From NCBI GenBank assembly GCA_003697105.1, contig RFFQ01000131.1:1-62309 (forward strand): a DNA stretch of 62,309 nt, in the 5' to 3' direction. The first letter of the stretch is position 1, and the number at the start of each line of letters is the position of its first letter. Of this stretch, positions 10,784-19,489 are shown in pieces. The notes under the pieces were generated by a model, which made no database searches, was not told where the DNA came from, and saw nothing but the letters and a program-made list of their open reading frames with translations. The stretch is from Gemmatimonadota bacterium. GTDB lineage: Bacteria > 4572-55 > J002. The position numbers and the translations under genes were made by a program.

Positions 10784-12295
10784 CTAGTCAATGCGCATTG
10801 TCCGGCGAACCAGTTCCAGAAACTCTACATCCCGGTCATCTCCGCCGGAGACGGCATTTTCCACAATAGCTTCCACATCCGCAAACCGGGTATTCACATA
10901 GGGACTTTCCCGTAGAATCTCGGCAAATTCCGCCACACCAGCTGTAAATTGAAACCGTCGCGAGGCTTGATCGAACTCGGCTGTGACCGCGTGACGAGGT
11001 ATCACCACATCCAGTGGAATGTCCGTGTGGCCACTGGGCTGTTTGTATCGTAAATGTACTGTACCCACATCACCCGAGACACCATCGACCAACTCAATCT
11101 CGTATAGGGCAGTCACCCGGTGCCCGGCGCCTATTTCCCCGGCATCGGTTGTTTCATCCTTGAAATCATCATCGTGAATTGCCCGATTTTCATACCCAAT
11201 GAGCCGGTAGCGACGCACCGCCTCTGGATTGAACTCAACCTGAACTTTCACATCCTTGGCAATGACTTCCATCACGCCGACCAATTCTTCGGTAAAAAGG
11301 CGTGCCGCTTCTGTTAAAGAATCAATGTAGTAATAATTGCCGTTCCCCATATCGGCTAATTGTTCCATGCCGTAATCGTTGTAGTTGCCTTGCCCAAAGC
11401 CCAGAGTGGAAAGGGTGATGCCTTCTTCCACATAGCTCCGGATCAGTTCAAACATTTCATCATGACTGGTGGGTCCTACATTGGCATCCCCATCGGAGCA
11501 GACTAAAATCCGATTCACACCATCCGGCAAAAATCCCTCTCGATTGATCTGGTAGGCATTTTGTAGTCCCGATGCCATTGCCGTACTTCCTCCCGCTTGT
11601 AGATCGCCAATCATTCCTTTGATAGACTCTCGATCCGCGTCCGAGAGAGAGGTGGGGGGTAAAATGGTACGGACACCGCCCGCATACGTACATACCGAAA
11701 TTAAATCACCTTCCCGCATTTCATCAATCAAAATGTACAAACTTTGTTTGACTAAATCCAGACGAGAGGTCATCGACCCCGAAATATCGATCAGGAAGGT
11801 TAAATTCCAAGGTTTGGTATTATCGATGACATTTCGCGCTTGTAAGCCAATCCGTAGCAAATGAAATTCATCGCCTCGAAATGGTGACCGCGCGCCATCC
11901 ACATATACCGCAAAAGGGTTATCATCCGGTGGGGGATAATCTTGCCGGAAATAATTGATGTACTCCTCCACCCGAACAGAGGCAGGCGGTGGCAGTTGAC
12001 CTTCATTGATTTTTTTGCGTCCAAAAGTGTACGATCCAGTGTCCACATCAATGCCAAATGTGGAAAGATTATCTTCATTTGTGTTTACAAAATTGTTATA
12101 GACCAAATCACCAAATTGTTCTTCGCCGGGGTAATAATCTCCTTCACTACCGCTATATGATCCGTCCCGGCCGAAATCACCCGCGGCGAGTTCGGGACTG
12201 CCAATATTGCGGTTCCTAGTGTCACAGCCGCTTAACGTGAGTCCCACGGCAAAAAACAGGCTTAAAAACAGGGTGAGTCGTCTAAAATAAAACAT
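10784..12295 (-). CDS. YfbK-like VWA domain lipoprotein
   Basis: Lipobox LSGC, STFGIDVDTGSY, VRVEEYINYF, MIDAS DISGSM, SDGDANVG, YRLIGYENR and DAGEIGAGH. Confidence 0.9.
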   Translation of the reverse strand: MFYFRRLTLFLSLFFAVGLTLSGCDTRNRNIGSPELAAGDFGRDGSYSGSEGDYYPGEEQFGDLVYNNFVNTNEDNLSTFGIDVDTGSYTFGRKKINEGQLPPPASVRVEEYINYFRQDYPPPDDNPFAVYVDGARSPFRGDEFHLLRIGLQARNVIDNTKPWNLTFLIDISGSMTSRLDLVKQSLYILIDEMREGDLISVCTYAGGVRTILPPTSLSDADRESIKGMIGDLQAGGSTAMASGLQNAYQINREGFLPDGVNRILVCSDGDANVGPTSHDEMFELIRSYVEEGITLSTLGFGQGNYNDYGMEQLADMGNGNYYYIDSLTEAARLFTEELVGVMEVIAKDVKVQVEFNPEAVRRYRLIGYENRAIHDDDFKDETTDAGEIGAGHRVTALYEIELVDGVSGDVGTVHLRYKQPSGHTDIPLDVVIPRHAVTAEFDQASRRFQFTAGVAEFAEILRESPYVNTRFADVEAIVENAVSGGDDRDVEFLELVRRTMRID

Positions 12296-12307
12296 GGTAT
12301 TACCTCC

Positions 12308-12742
12308 TTAATATGATGATAGCTCGGAAACGACTAAAACCGCCCGGTAGCGTGAGGGCTTGATTGTTGTTTCAAATTTTTGGGGATAGGGGTGGACGTT
12401 TAGGAGTTCAATTGTGTATTCCCCCACGGTTTGAACGGCGGATTCGGGATGACCGGCACGAAGCGTCAGTTCAATCTCTTGCGGGGGGTTGTTGGAAGCT
12501 TGTAGTTTCAGCTTGATGACAACCTGCCCTTCCCATACACATTCAACCTGCTGAGGGCAGCGGGAATCTTCAACCACTTCGGCAAACGTGAGGGAAAGAC
12601 CGGTATCCTTTAAATGAACGGTCTGGTGCCATCCCAGCACAAACTGTTCACCCAAAGGGGACGTGGTGGTGGGCAGTGCAGAGGGTTGGCAACTGATGGC
12701 ACTCAGAACCCATCCAATGAGTAAAACATTGATTTTTTTCAT
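12308..12742 (-). CDS. Conserved hypothetical lipoprotein (DSRCP...CVWEG motif)
   Basis: Lipobox AISC, motif EDSRCPQQVECVWEG, AGGAGG RBS. Confidence 0.75.
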   Translation of the reverse strand: MKKINVLLIGWVLSAISCQPSALPTTTSPLGEQFVLGWHQTVHLKDTGLSLTFAEVVEDSRCPQQVECVWEGQVVIKLKLQASNNPPQEIELTLRAGHPESAVQTVGEYTIELLNVHPYPQKFETTIKPSRYRAVLVVSELSSY

Positions 12743-12799
12743 GAGTTGACCTCCTCCTGATATGGTTTGAACAGCCCGGATCGCGAAGCTGTTTTCCTT

Positions 12800-14065
12800 T
12801 TATCCTTCCCAAACCGGATTCATCAGGCGACCCAGAAATAGAATCGCGCCGGATTGCCGCTCGCGGATGAGGTAAATAAACGGACGGTTCGCGAAAAATG
12901 TGAGTGGGAGAGAGACGGTTCCTACTTCTACGGCGGTTGCCGCGCCGGCAGTCGTGCCGCTTTCATCGACTTGTATAAACGCCTTATGCTTGACATCACT
13001 GATAAACAACGGATCATCTGCCGAAATCCCCCTGAAATCAGCTTGCATCGGGTCAAATGCGACACCCATGCCCAGCGCCGTTAATGCCGCTTTCAAGGAA
13101 AGATCATGGCTGAGACGGAATTTGGGTAGCGAAATTAGCAACTCGGTATCGTGTAATTCGTTCAACCATGCCGTCCACATCTCTACCGATAATTCCGCCA
13201 GAAGATCATCAACCGTGACATTATGATTTGGCAAGATAAGAGTCATGCTATATTGCCGGTTGCCATAAAGCAGATCGAGTATCTGTGCCTGCGCCGTATA
13301 TAGATGGGGCATGATAACCGGTTCCACAATATGCATCATCTGGCAAGGCACTGTGGAACCCTCTTCTAAATAAAACACGTCTGTTTGAGTCAGATTTTTA
13401 TTGAAGCGATAACGCCATTCCCCTTGAAAATAGATGGCGTTGATCAGGTACATCACCGCCTCCGGCGGAATGTGATCGATGACCGTCGGAATGGTGCCGT
13501 TTGTGCGTTGATTGACCCAATCATTGACCCGCCCTACGGTTTGGGGATCGGTAAAATCCGCGTCACGAATATCGGCTTGATAGTACGTTTGGTTACGGTG
13601 TAAAAAGTCCGGCAACACGGAAAATCCCTGTCGATACCAGATCGAATTTGCTAAACGAAAAGTGACATTCGGATCCAGAGATTGCAGAAGATCGATTAAA
13701 TCATGATAAGCGATGTTCATCTCCGCCAACGATAGTCCGTTGAGTTCAAGTGCAGATTGCATTGCCGCTTGTGTTTCACCGCTGGCGCCGTTATAGGTCA
13801 TTGCCAGTGCCATCGAGATACTCAGCGGCGAGATCAGGATATTTCCCGCATGTTCTGTTGCTAATTCCCGAAAAAGGGTAAAACTAAATTGGGTGTTACC
13901 GCTTAAAAGCGTCTGTTCAGGAGTCGTCAAGGTGCGGGGAAGTTCAGGGGCGGCGGTGGAAATCTCCACCGGAGGCTCGGTGATACTACCCGGAGAGCAA
14001 TTCCAAAATAAAAGGGTAGCACTCACCACTAAGATTAGGTTCAATTTAATCAATATGTTACACAT
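12800..14065 (-). CDS. Serpin family protease inhibitor (probable lipoprotein)
   Basis: NILISPLSI, NAIYFQGEW, LPKF, hinge ESGTTAGAAT and FFANRPFIYLI. Start at ATG 14065 with GGAGG. Confidence 0.93.
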   Translation of the reverse strand: MCNILIKLNLILVVSATLLFWNCSPGSITEPPVEISTAAPELPRTLTTPEQTLLSGNTQFSFTLFRELATEHAGNILISPLSISMALAMTYNGASGETQAAMQSALELNGLSLAEMNIAYHDLIDLLQSLDPNVTFRLANSIWYRQGFSVLPDFLHRNQTYYQADIRDADFTDPQTVGRVNDWVNQRTNGTIPTVIDHIPPEAVMYLINAIYFQGEWRYRFNKNLTQTDVFYLEEGSTVPCQMMHIVEPVIMPHLYTAQAQILDLLYGNRQYSMTLILPNHNVTVDDLLAELSVEMWTAWLNELHDTELLISLPKFRLSHDLSLKAALTALGMGVAFDPMQADFRGISADDPLFISDVKHKAFIQVDESGTTAGAATAVEVGTVSLPLTFFANRPFIYLIRERQSGAILFLGRLMNPVWEG

Positions 14066-14264
14066 AATCACCTCCATCGGGTAGGGGGTCATGGTGGTCT
14101 CACGTGTCGGTAGATTTGGTGCTCTTAATGGCACATGTTCTACTTGTAAGATGGAAAATACTGGCGTCCTTGCTGATTTTCTAAAGGAAAGGGGAGAAAA
14201 TGAGAAAAACCGGCAAGTGATAAGCTTGCCGGTTCATTTGTTAGGGTTCGTTTTTCAGTGGTTG

Positions 14265-16652
14265 TTAGCGCAATAGTACCATGGACTTGGTCTGGGTAAC
14301 GTCTGGCGTTTGTAACTGGTACAGATACATCCCGGATTTTACCGCCTCGCCGTGATCATTCGTACCATCCCAAACCAATGCCTGTTGACCGGCTTCAAAC
14401 CATGTATCCCGAAAAGCCCGTACCAACCTGCCCTGAACATCATAGATCTGGAGGTTGGCTACAGTGGCGACCGGTAAATCAAACCGGATTGTCGTGACCG
14501 GATTGAACGGATTGGGGTAGTTTTGGTACAAACGATAGGATTGGGGTACTTGGGTTTCAGCCGTGACCGGCTCAACATCTACAATATTAATATCCGCTTG
14601 CCCTTTCACCACTAGGTGATCCACAAACCAGCCCATGTTTCCATCATTGCGGTAGGCTCCCAGCCAAAAGCGGAACATAACATTTTCACCCGCATACTCG
14701 CTGAGGTCAAATTGAGCCAGTTGCCAGCCGTCACTCTGCCCAGTATAGCCGGGTGTTTGCCCCAAACCGACACACCGGTCAAAATCATAGCCGGTATTTG
14801 GTGTGATTAGCTCCCAATTTTCCCCGTGATCGGTAGAGATTTGCACTTGCCCGCCATCCCAATTCTGCCGGATGTCATACCAGTGGTAAAAACTAAGTTC
14901 GTAAGGGGGATCGGTTGCTCCGAGTGGATATTCCGGGCTGATCAGAAACATATCCCCAGGTCCGCTGTAAGCACCATCCAGATTGGTACCCCAGCTAAAA
15001 ATTCCGTGATAGGCGCCGTCGGGTCCCCCGCTCGATTGGGGTTCGCCCCATTCCCAGTCACCATCGCCGCTGAAGTTCCCATTATCTTCTTCAAAACTGT
15101 AGATCGGTATCAGCTCGAAATTGCGGGTTGCCGTCCCATTTGGCGGAATCGTCACCTGATACTCCGCGGGGAGGTGGTAAAGCCCGGTGGCACGCACTGT
15201 GTACGTTCCGATGGGAATATCGGTCATCACATAATTGCCGTTTTCGTCCGTAAAAACGGGAAAGAGCGGGGTATCCAGTAGTTCGATAAAGGCGGCAGGG
15301 ATGGGCACGTCACCGTCGTTATAGGCTTCTGCTACATGCCCGTCCAACGATCCGGTTGGTAAGAGCGGCATCACAAGGTCGTAAGTAACTTCCTGATCGA
15401 CCTCAATCGTGAACAGTCCGGTTGACCCCTCTTCATAGCCAAACTGGTAGGCATAGACGGAATACGTACCGGGGATCACAATTGGAAAATCATAAAAGCC
15501 GGAATCATTCGTTGTGGTCTCGTAAGGCAATGTACCAATGAGTTGTACGGGGATATTTGCCAGCGGGAGGCCCTCGCCATCGGTAATGGTTCCACTGACA
15601 CGCCCGCCGGGGGTTAAACGGTAAAAGAATAACTGCGTTTGGATGGCATAGACCGGTGGGGTGTGTCCGGTGTTGTTCCAGTTGCAATCTGTACAGGTGA
15701 TGCCATCCACGCAGTCGGGATTCGTCGGGCGGCACTCATTAAAATAGGGTTCGATGTTGTAATCCAGGACGTATTCTTCCCCCGGGGTGACCGCAGGTGT
15801 CAAATCGACATCCCACGGGATGACGCTTGCCCCGGGGCACCAACCGGCGCGGGGGTAAATCCAGGTGCCACCTTGGGGGCTACATGGGTTTTGCGGGCAA
15901 TCTGTCCGCCAGAGGTCTTGGAAGAAGCGGGTTGTATCCTCACCATCAATCACGTTGATGTCGTGCCACAGGATCGAGAACTCCGCGGCGTTTAGGGTAT
16001 TGCCTTGTCCGTGACCGGTGGTGATCATCCGGTATTTGAGCGAGTCAATATCCGCATCAATGGCAACGGTGATGGGGGTTAATGTCTCTTCCACCGGGTC
16101 TGCCGGATCACCGATCAGGGCGGAATCATCCTGCCACAAGTTTTGCACCCGGTATGCTACCATCCGGGGTTGTCCAACTTCAAACTCGAAGGTTGCCGTG
16201 ATCTGCCAACCCCGGTCGCCCCCAATCCATGATTCGATATAGCTTCGTAGGGTCACACTATCGCGCAAGACGGATTGGTAATCCGTGACATCATACACCC
16301 AATCACATGAGCCCGGATAGCCGGGTCCCACAATATTGTAAGGTGTGATGTAGCGGGCAATTTCCACATAGGTGGTGTCACTGGTCATCACCCGCAAGTG
16401 CCCGATCCGGTCCCACGGGTCGCAACCCGCGTCCGGGCAGTCAATGGTGATATAAAGCATGATGCGCTTCACCATCACACTGCTATCGGGAAAGGCAAAG
16501 GTTCCGTAGTGCGGAGTCGCCCAATTATGATTCAACTGGACGAAAGTGGGCACGGTGATAATATCACCGGGTTCGGGTTGTGCCTGTGCAGGGAACATGG
16601 TAAACACAAGGAGTACCATTAACGATAATTGAAAGATATGTATTTTAGGCAT
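14265..16652 (-). CDS. Secreted peptide-N-glycosidase F-like protein with carboxypeptidase-regulatory-like repeats and a FlgD-Ig/sorting C-terminal domain
   Basis: CDPWDR, EIARYITPY, TTGHG, AAEF and GTWIYPRAGWCPG. C-terminal QNYPNPFNP...WDG..D..G..V.SG.YLY. AGGAGG before ATG 16652. Confidence 0.8.
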   Translation of the reverse strand: MPKIHIFQLSLMVLLVFTMFPAQAQPEPGDIITVPTFVQLNHNWATPHYGTFAFPDSSVMVKRIMLYITIDCPDAGCDPWDRIGHLRVMTSDTTYVEIARYITPYNIVGPGYPGSCDWVYDVTDYQSVLRDSVTLRSYIESWIGGDRGWQITATFEFEVGQPRMVAYRVQNLWQDDSALIGDPADPVEETLTPITVAIDADIDSLKYRMITTGHGQGNTLNAAEFSILWHDINVIDGEDTTRFFQDLWRTDCPQNPCSPQGGTWIYPRAGWCPGASVIPWDVDLTPAVTPGEEYVLDYNIEPYFNECRPTNPDCVDGITCTDCNWNNTGHTPPVYAIQTQLFFYRLTPGGRVSGTITDGEGLPLANIPVQLIGTLPYETTTNDSGFYDFPIVIPGTYSVYAYQFGYEEGSTGLFTIEVDQEVTYDLVMPLLPTGSLDGHVAEAYNDGDVPIPAAFIELLDTPLFPVFTDENGNYVMTDIPIGTYTVRATGLYHLPAEYQVTIPPNGTATRNFELIPIYSFEEDNGNFSGDGDWEWGEPQSSGGPDGAYHGIFSWGTNLDGAYSGPGDMFLISPEYPLGATDPPYELSFYHWYDIRQNWDGGQVQISTDHGENWELITPNTGYDFDRCVGLGQTPGYTGQSDGWQLAQFDLSEYAGENVMFRFWLGAYRNDGNMGWFVDHLVVKGQADINIVDVEPVTAETQVPQSYRLYQNYPNPFNPVTTIRFDLPVATVANLQIYDVQGRLVRAFRDTWFEAGQQALVWDGTNDHGEAVKSGMYLYQLQTPDVTQTKSMVLLR

Positions 16653-16766
16653 CAAACACCTCCTGTTAAGAGCTGAAGAAAGAGCCGTTGGGAGGGGTAT
16701 TCCCAAATGGCTCGTAGTTTCGTTAAAAATTTAAAAAATAAAAATAAGAAGGCTATCATGGTCAAG

Positions 16767-16892
16767 GTTTCAATGCGCTTTCGCGCTTATCTGGATTCGG
16801 TAGGATACCCCCGTAGAGACGTTGCAATGCAACGTCTCTACTCTACGAATAATATGTTTCAATGCGCCTCCACGAGCCATTCGTGAATGCGA
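16767..16892 (-). repeat. Two degenerate CRISPR-repeat-like 37-mers (no cas genes)
   Basis: GTTTCAATGCGC occurs at 16767 and 16856. On the minus strand both units end in GCGCATTGAAAC. Confidence 0.35.
16813..16841. repeat. REP-like perfect palindrome (GTAG class)
   Basis: GTAGAGACGTTGCA-A-TGCAACGTCTCTAC with 14-bp arms. Confidence 0.7.
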
Positions 16893-17280
16893 AAACCCCT
16901 GCCATAATGCGGATTTGGGGGCTAACGGTGGGTTGCTTCAAGTGCGTCGCACCTGAATTGTAAAAGCACTATAGCATTGTCCACACCGGGTTGTCAAGAC
17001 CCCAGTTATCTTTTCAGCCCTGAAGGATACTATTTGATCCGAAATCGCTTATATTAAGGGCAAAAGATCAAAATAGCGCGAAAACATTTTTTTCATACCT
17101 GCGTGAAACACTTGATATAGCACAAGTTTCATAAGTATTCTTCAGAGCTGGGGCAGTTGTTTGCTGAATGGCGGTAATTTTTTCAATCAAGCGATTGACA
17201 AACGATTTTCATGGTGTAAATTATAAAAGTTCGCCAACACATCCACTAGAAACACCCAATGTCTGCCGGGGGGATATCTC

Positions 17281-17532
17281 ATGAAAATTTCAATGAAACG
17301 CCTAAAACAGATCATCCTGAAAAATAAAGACTTAACGCCGGAAGAACTCCGTGCTGAACTGGAAAATGCAGAGCAGGAAGAAGCCGGTGAATTTGAATTT
17401 GATGAGACCTCGGTCGAGCTATCCTTGGATGACCTGCTGAACTCGACCGAAACGATGAGCGACGATTTAACTGTAGAACTCAATCTGAATGAGCGAGGAG
17501 AAGTGAAAATGCAGGCAAAAGCAAAAGTGTGA
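17281..17532 (+). CDS. Small acidic hypothetical protein
   Basis: 83-aa ORF with a G-rich RBS and upstream TTGACA-N16-TAAATT (17195-17222). Confidence 0.6.
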   Translation: MKISMKRLKQIILKNKDLTPEELRAELENAEQEEAGEFEFDETSVELSLDDLLNSTETMSDDLTVELNLNERGEVKMQAKAKV

Positions 17533-17631
17533 GCCGGTTTAAACCTTTGCCGCTGGAGGGGGTCTATCTCTACGAATCGCGATTCAAGAACCACTGAATG
17601 TATTTACCCTCATAAGAAAGGAGATAGACCC

Positions 17632-18054
17632 ATGACACGCAAATTCAAGCTTAGCCTCGCATTTGCCGTGCTGATGATCGGCACGTTAGTTCTCGCTCAA
17701 GGTGCTCTGGCAAACGCAACAAAACAAGCTCCACCGGCGCAAGACCGGGAACGGCTCGGGGAAAAGCGCCTTGAAATCCTCAAGGAGAAATTATCGCTGA
17801 CAGATGAGCAAGCCGAAGCAATTAAAACTGCCATGGCAGAACATCGCGCGAAAATGGAAGAAGTGCGAAACCGTACCAACCGCGACCCAGAAGCCATGAA
17901 AGAAGCACGGGAAGAAATCCGTGCGGCGATGGAAGAAACCATGAAATCCATTTTGACCAAAGAACAATACGCGGATTGGGAAATCCTGAAAGCCGAGTGG
18001 CAAAAACGGCGCGATGAACGGCGCCAACATCGTCCGCGAAGAGGGCACCGGTAA
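17632..18054 (+). CDS. Spy/CpxP-like periplasmic protein (LTxxQ motifs)
   Basis: Signal peptide, LSLTDEQ and ILTKEQ, AAGGAG RBS. Confidence 0.75.
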   Translation: MTRKFKLSLAFAVLMIGTLVLAQGALANATKQAPPAQDRERLGEKRLEILKEKLSLTDEQAEAIKTAMAEHRAKMEEVRNRTNRDPEAMKEAREEIRAAMEETMKSILTKEQYADWEILKAEWQKRRDERRQHRPRRGHR

Positions 18055-18082
18055 TATGAAAAGGTTTCCCCTACCCCAAATC

Positions 18083-18120
18083 AAAACACCCGACCTAATA
18101 TTTAAGTCGGGTGTTTTTTT
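18083..18120. terminator. Intrinsic terminator
   Basis: AAAACACCCGAC...GTCGGGTGTTTTTTT between convergent genes. Confidence 0.8.
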
Positions 18121-18175
18121 GTTGATCATGGGGCGGTAACTTGCCATTTTGTGTGCCGCGTTGGCTTGATGTCCA

Positions 18176-19390
18176 TCACCATGTTTTAACCACCTGCCGG
18201 TTGCCAATTGTCAGAGGTTCTGTCTGGTTGGGATCCAGTGCCCACCGGATACGGCGGATGCCTTCCCGAATGTCCGCTTCCGAGCCACAAAAACTGAGCC
18301 GCAGATACCCATCCATCCCAAAATCCACACCGGGCACGGCGAGTACCAGGACGTTCTCAATCAGAAAATCCGATAGCTGGCGGGAATCCGCCTCATACGC
18401 CCGAAAATCGACAAACGAGTAGAAGGTTCCTTCCGGTTTTTGAACTTTCAAATTTGGAATCTCCGCCAATTCTGCCAGCAGGATATCCCGATGGGTTTCC
18501 AGTGTGGAACGTAATGCCCTCACACAAGATTGATCACCGGTTAGGGCGCCAATCGCCCCTTTTTGTGCCAAAATTGAACTGCCAGAGGTTTGATGTGCCT
18601 GAATCCGGGTCATGGCGGCGATCAACTCGCGGTTGCCAATCGCCCAACCCAGCCGGAAGCCGGTCATCGCATACAGTTTGGAAACCCCGTTGATTACCAG
18701 TAACTTCGACTCATCCACCGATTTTTTCGTAAATTCATAACCCGACGGTGCTTTTTGCCCGTCAAAAACCAATTGGTGATAAATATCGTCCATGATGAGG
18801 AAAATCTCGCGTTTTTCGCAAAAATCGACAAGATCGGCGATAACACCGGTGGGGTACACGACTCCAGAGGGGTTGTTGGGGCTGTTAATCAGGATCACTT
18901 TGGTGTTGGCGGTGACCTTTTTTTCAATATCCTGAATGGTGGGGTAAAGTGAACCGCCGGCAGGGGTTACTGGCACGGGTACACCGTAGGCTAACTTCAC
19001 CATCTCCGGGTAACTGACCCAGTAGGGTACGGGAAAAATGACCTCATCTTGGGGATTCAGAATTGCTTGCAAGCCGACCATCAATGCCTGTTTGGCTCCG
19101 CTGGAGGCAATGACATTCGCCGGTTCTACTAGACGGTGATAGTGCTGTTCGGTGTAATCTATAATTGCCTGTTTAAGTTCTGGGATACCGCCTACCGCCG
19201 CGTAACGAATTTCTCCGGTTTCCAGATGAGCAATTGTAGCATTAATGGCATCCGGCGAGGCTTTGCTTTTGGGTTCACCTCCTCCGAGATGAATCACCGG
19301 TTCACCCGCTTGTCGTAATACCGCCGCTTTCGCGTTGAGCTTTAATGTGGGGGAGGGGTTAATCTGTTGGGCAATTTGGCTCAGAATCAT
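18176..19390 (-). CDS. Class I/II PLP-dependent (aspartate-type) aminotransferase
   Basis: GAKQAL, PYWVSY, NSPNNPSG, DDIY and GVSKLYAMTGFRLGW. Confidence 0.93.
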   Translation of the reverse strand: MILSQIAQQINPSPTLKLNAKAAVLRQAGEPVIHLGGGEPKSKASPDAINATIAHLETGEIRYAAVGGIPELKQAIIDYTEQHYHRLVEPANVIASSGAKQALMVGLQAILNPQDEVIFPVPYWVSYPEMVKLAYGVPVPVTPAGGSLYPTIQDIEKKVTANTKVILINSPNNPSGVVYPTGVIADLVDFCEKREIFLIMDDIYHQLVFDGQKAPSGYEFTKKSVDESKLLVINGVSKLYAMTGFRLGWAIGNRELIAAMTRIQAHQTSGSSILAQKGAIGALTGDQSCVRALRSTLETHRDILLAELAEIPNLKVQKPEGTFYSFVDFRAYEADSRQLSDFLIENVLVLAVPGVDFGMDGYLRLSFCGSEADIREGIRRIRWALDPNQTEPLTIGNRQVVKTW

Positions 19391-19489
19391 GAAGGTACCT
19401 TTCTAAAATAATTCCGATAAGATGTTGGTAATAAAGGAATATACCGTTACGATTTATGGTGACCGGTAACACCTGCCACCGGCAATCAT

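Noticed and set aside
16767-16892. Bona fide CRISPR array
   Set aside because: Only two units sharing 12 nt and no cas genes, so it is kept as a tentative finding only.
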